A program made the translations under genes and the position numbers. Under the pieces are notes generated by a model, which saw nothing but the letters and a program-made list of their open reading frames with translations, ran no database searches and was not told the DNA's origin. A DNA stretch of 63,994 nt, filler included, from Neoconidiobolus thromboides FSU 785 (lineage: Eukaryota > Fungi > Entomophthoromycota), in the NCBI GenBank assembly GCA_025603075.1. It is 7 parts of 7 records of this genome, joined end to end, with 100 filler letters (N's around TTAATTAATTAA, not from the genome) between each part and the next. Parts side by side here need not be neighbours in the genome. Positions count along the whole stretch, not along the records: positions 58,407 to 62,842 come from MU626785.1; positions 62,943 to 63,994 come from MU627049.1; 5 more parts are not named here. One strand, 5' to 3'. Positions 61,679-63,994 of this stretch are shown piece after piece (within the stretch, counting starts at the first letter, position 1; each line of letters opens with the position of its first letter).

Positions 61679-62525
61679 ATATCCTCCAATTTAGTGACTT
61701 TTCCTGTACGCCTATTTTCTCTAGTTATTATCTGTTATCACTGCTATATTAGGTCGAATAAGCTTGGTGTTAATGTCAATAATATCTACTATCCTTTGAT
61801 TACAGTTCATATTCATGCCTACTCTTATGCAAGGGATATCAATATAATCTCAAATTAAGCCTTGGTTTTAGGACTTGGTAAAGAGGTGCTTGAATTATGT
61901 GTTCCATTTATCTATTCAAAAATAAGCAAGAAGAAATAAGATTATTTTGAAGAATTTGATAAATATAACTTGATTGACGAAACAAAGGTTTTGTTTAAAC
62001 TTAAGCAAGGACAATAGCAGAGTGCGCACAACCCTTAAAAATGAAGTTTTTAATTGGATTGAAAAAGAAAAAAGATTAGAATTAAAATTTTGAAGATCAT
62101 GTGGATGAATTGTTATGAATCTACTATTCTTTCTAATACTTTATTCATGTATAGCTAAATTAAAAGGCCAAAATTAATAAAAGTTATAAATCTTAACTAC
62201 AGCTTTTTTACTCTTTTTATATTTTTATATTTATTCTCCAATACTATGAATATTACTATAGCATATATGAAAAGTAACCAGGATGCATTTTGATAAACTA
62301 ATTGAAATAATCATCGAATTAAATGGAACCAATAGAAAGGTAAATTTTTAACAAATTTAAATTAAAAAAGTGTAAAAGCCTTAAAAATAAAAAATTCTTT
62401 AAAATTCTAAAGGTTTAAAACCTCATGACTTATAAAACAAACAATACTATTAAAAAGTATAAATACGCCTTAGCTCTATCATATTTTCATTCAAGTTTTT
62501 ACCACTGTTATAAAATTAATAAAAG

Positions 62526-62842
62526 ATGAAAGCCAATTTCTCTTTAATCTCTTTACTTTTAGCCCTTGAACTGGTCAGTGCCGTCAATCTTGTGCCCCCA
62601 GAGCTAACTATTAATGATGCCATAGTTCCAGAAGTTTTCAATGTAAACTCACGTATGGCTGCTATCGCTTCAGACGATTATCAGCCTGGTGTTTACAATC
62701 CCCAGTTTTTTGATCAATCTATTGATCACAAAAATAAAGATACTTTTAAACAAAGATACTATGTCAATGCTGATTATTACAAACCAGGAGGTCCTTCCTT
62801 CCTTTATATTTCTGGAGAATCTGCTAACTCTCCTTACCAAGT
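62526..62842 (+). CDS. Second S28 serine carboxypeptidase, near-identical inverted paralog, truncated by gap
   Basis: First ~105 aa almost identical to the 59327 minus-strand gene. Confidence 0.88.
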
Positions 62843-62942
62843 NNNNNNNNNNNNNNNNNNNNNNNNNNNNNNNNNNNNNNNNNNNNTTAATTAATTAANN
62901 NNNNNNNNNNNNNNNNNNNNNNNNNNNNNNNNNNNNNNNNNN
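62843..62942. other. Assembly gap
   Basis: N-run with TTAATTAATTAA spacer. Confidence 0.99.
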
Positions 62943-62944
62943 AA

Positions 62945-63109
62945 ACTGATGCTATCAATCTATTTAAAGAAGTATTTGAGCTTATTTTTAAACACAGTGT
63001 TAAAGCAACTGAATCTCAATCTAAAGATGAACCCAAAGCTACTCCAGGTCGTAGAAGCTTTAACATTAGAAGACAGCCAAAAAAGCTCATAGCCAAGAGA
63101 CGTCATTAA
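62945..63109 (+). CDS. 3' end of a coding sequence emerging from the gap (possibly the S28 C-terminus)
   Basis: Open frame TDAINLFKEVFELIFKHSVKATESQSKDEPKATPGRRSFNIRRQPKKLIAKRRH* with codon usage like the expressed genes. Confidence 0.5.
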   Translation, partial: TDAINLFKEVFELIFKHSVKATESQSKDEPKATPGRRSFNIRRQPKKLIAKRRH

Positions 63110-63910
63110 ATCTATTCTAAAAAGCATATTTTTGTATATTAAAATTTAAAAACATAAGAAACTTGATTTTATATTTTTAGTTTATATTTTCTTTCTGAAA
63201 ACGAATACTAAAATATTACAATACTGTTATAAGCAGAGTTTATTTCATTAAAATTGATAGAAATAAAATAGTAATAATAGAAGTATTATTGCAAAAAAAT
63301 CGATTTTAGAAAAAACATGAAAAACAGTGTTGGAACTAACAAGCTCCTCCTCATTTTTTTGATAAAATAGTAAAATTAAAATAATAAAACATAATAAAAA
63401 CGGAGTATATAAATATGTATAATCTTGATAAAAGAACAGTACTAAAATATTTGAACCTTTTAAATAAAGTGGTATACTTACTTTACAATGTTACGAACTA
63501 TCGAAATTTGATCTCTAAAAATTATTCCATTTCAAGTCACAAGCTTTTCGAAAAAGTTCAGTTCCAACACCTAAAAATAATAAAAAATTTAATTACAAGA
63601 TAACTTTATTATTTAAGTAAAGTTAACTTGTAAGTAATAGTTTTAAAAGGTATAGTTTATATTATTTCAAAATATACTTAATAGCATATATGTTCCTATA
63701 GGAATTTTGTTCTCATTATTAATAGAGCTTATTCAGAAATAACTCCATTTACTCCATACACCATAGATCGAAATTCTCCGTAAATAATTCATCCGGATAA
63801 GAAAAAGTCGCATCGTTTAGTAATTAGCAAAAAATAAGAAGTATATAAAAGTCAAATCAATCATTATAAAAGATTAAAATATTCTTGTTATTAACTATCT
63901 ATAAATTAAA

Positions 63911-63994
63911 ATGAAACTTCTCTACATTCTCTCAAGTGCTCTTGCTATCTCCACTGCTTCTGCTTTCAGTATCAGAGGTGCTGCTAACTATATC
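63911..63994 (+). CDS. Start of a secreted protein, truncated by window end
   Basis: MKLLYILSSALAISTASAFSIRGAANYI; signal-peptide-like; TATAAAAG about 45 nt upstream. Confidence 0.65.
   Translation, partial: MKLLYILSSALAISTASAFSIRGAANYI

Overview
Very AT-rich eukaryotic genomic DNA with short GT-AG introns and six 100-bp scaffold gaps carrying a TTAATTAATTAA spacer. Gene content points to an early-diverging fungus, probably Entomophthoromycotina such as Conidiobolus (inference, not confirmed). Two gene-dense housekeeping blocks (about 0.5-11 kb and 29-41 kb) hold a class I HDAC, a CAP protein, a Tyr-phosphatase, SYS1, an HbrB/Bit61-like gene, SEC62, a SUN/GH132 protein, BMT2, FOL3-like DHFS, Rictor/AVO3 and a TGL4-like lipase. 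They alternate with accessory blocks (about 11-29 kb and 41-64 kb) holding a 7TM receptor, Kelch-like genes, DJ-1/PfpI, a P450, an S8 protease, an AKR, two S28 peptidases, pseudogenes, LINE relics, a decayed DDD (Sola-like) transposase and 23 copies of a ~98-bp MITE with 4-bp TSDs. The most novel content is two families of tiny secreted peptide precursors. (1) Two paralogous 41-aa genes ending in HWP, both missed by the ORF track, flank a GPCR-like gene; a third copy is predicted in an assembly gap. (2) Two paralogous Kex2-type precursors releasing G-x-G-[RK]-x-Y-G peptides flank a P450-subtilisin-AKR trio. A near-perfect 113-bp hairpin is also present. All family assignments come from motif recognition by eye; no database searches were run.
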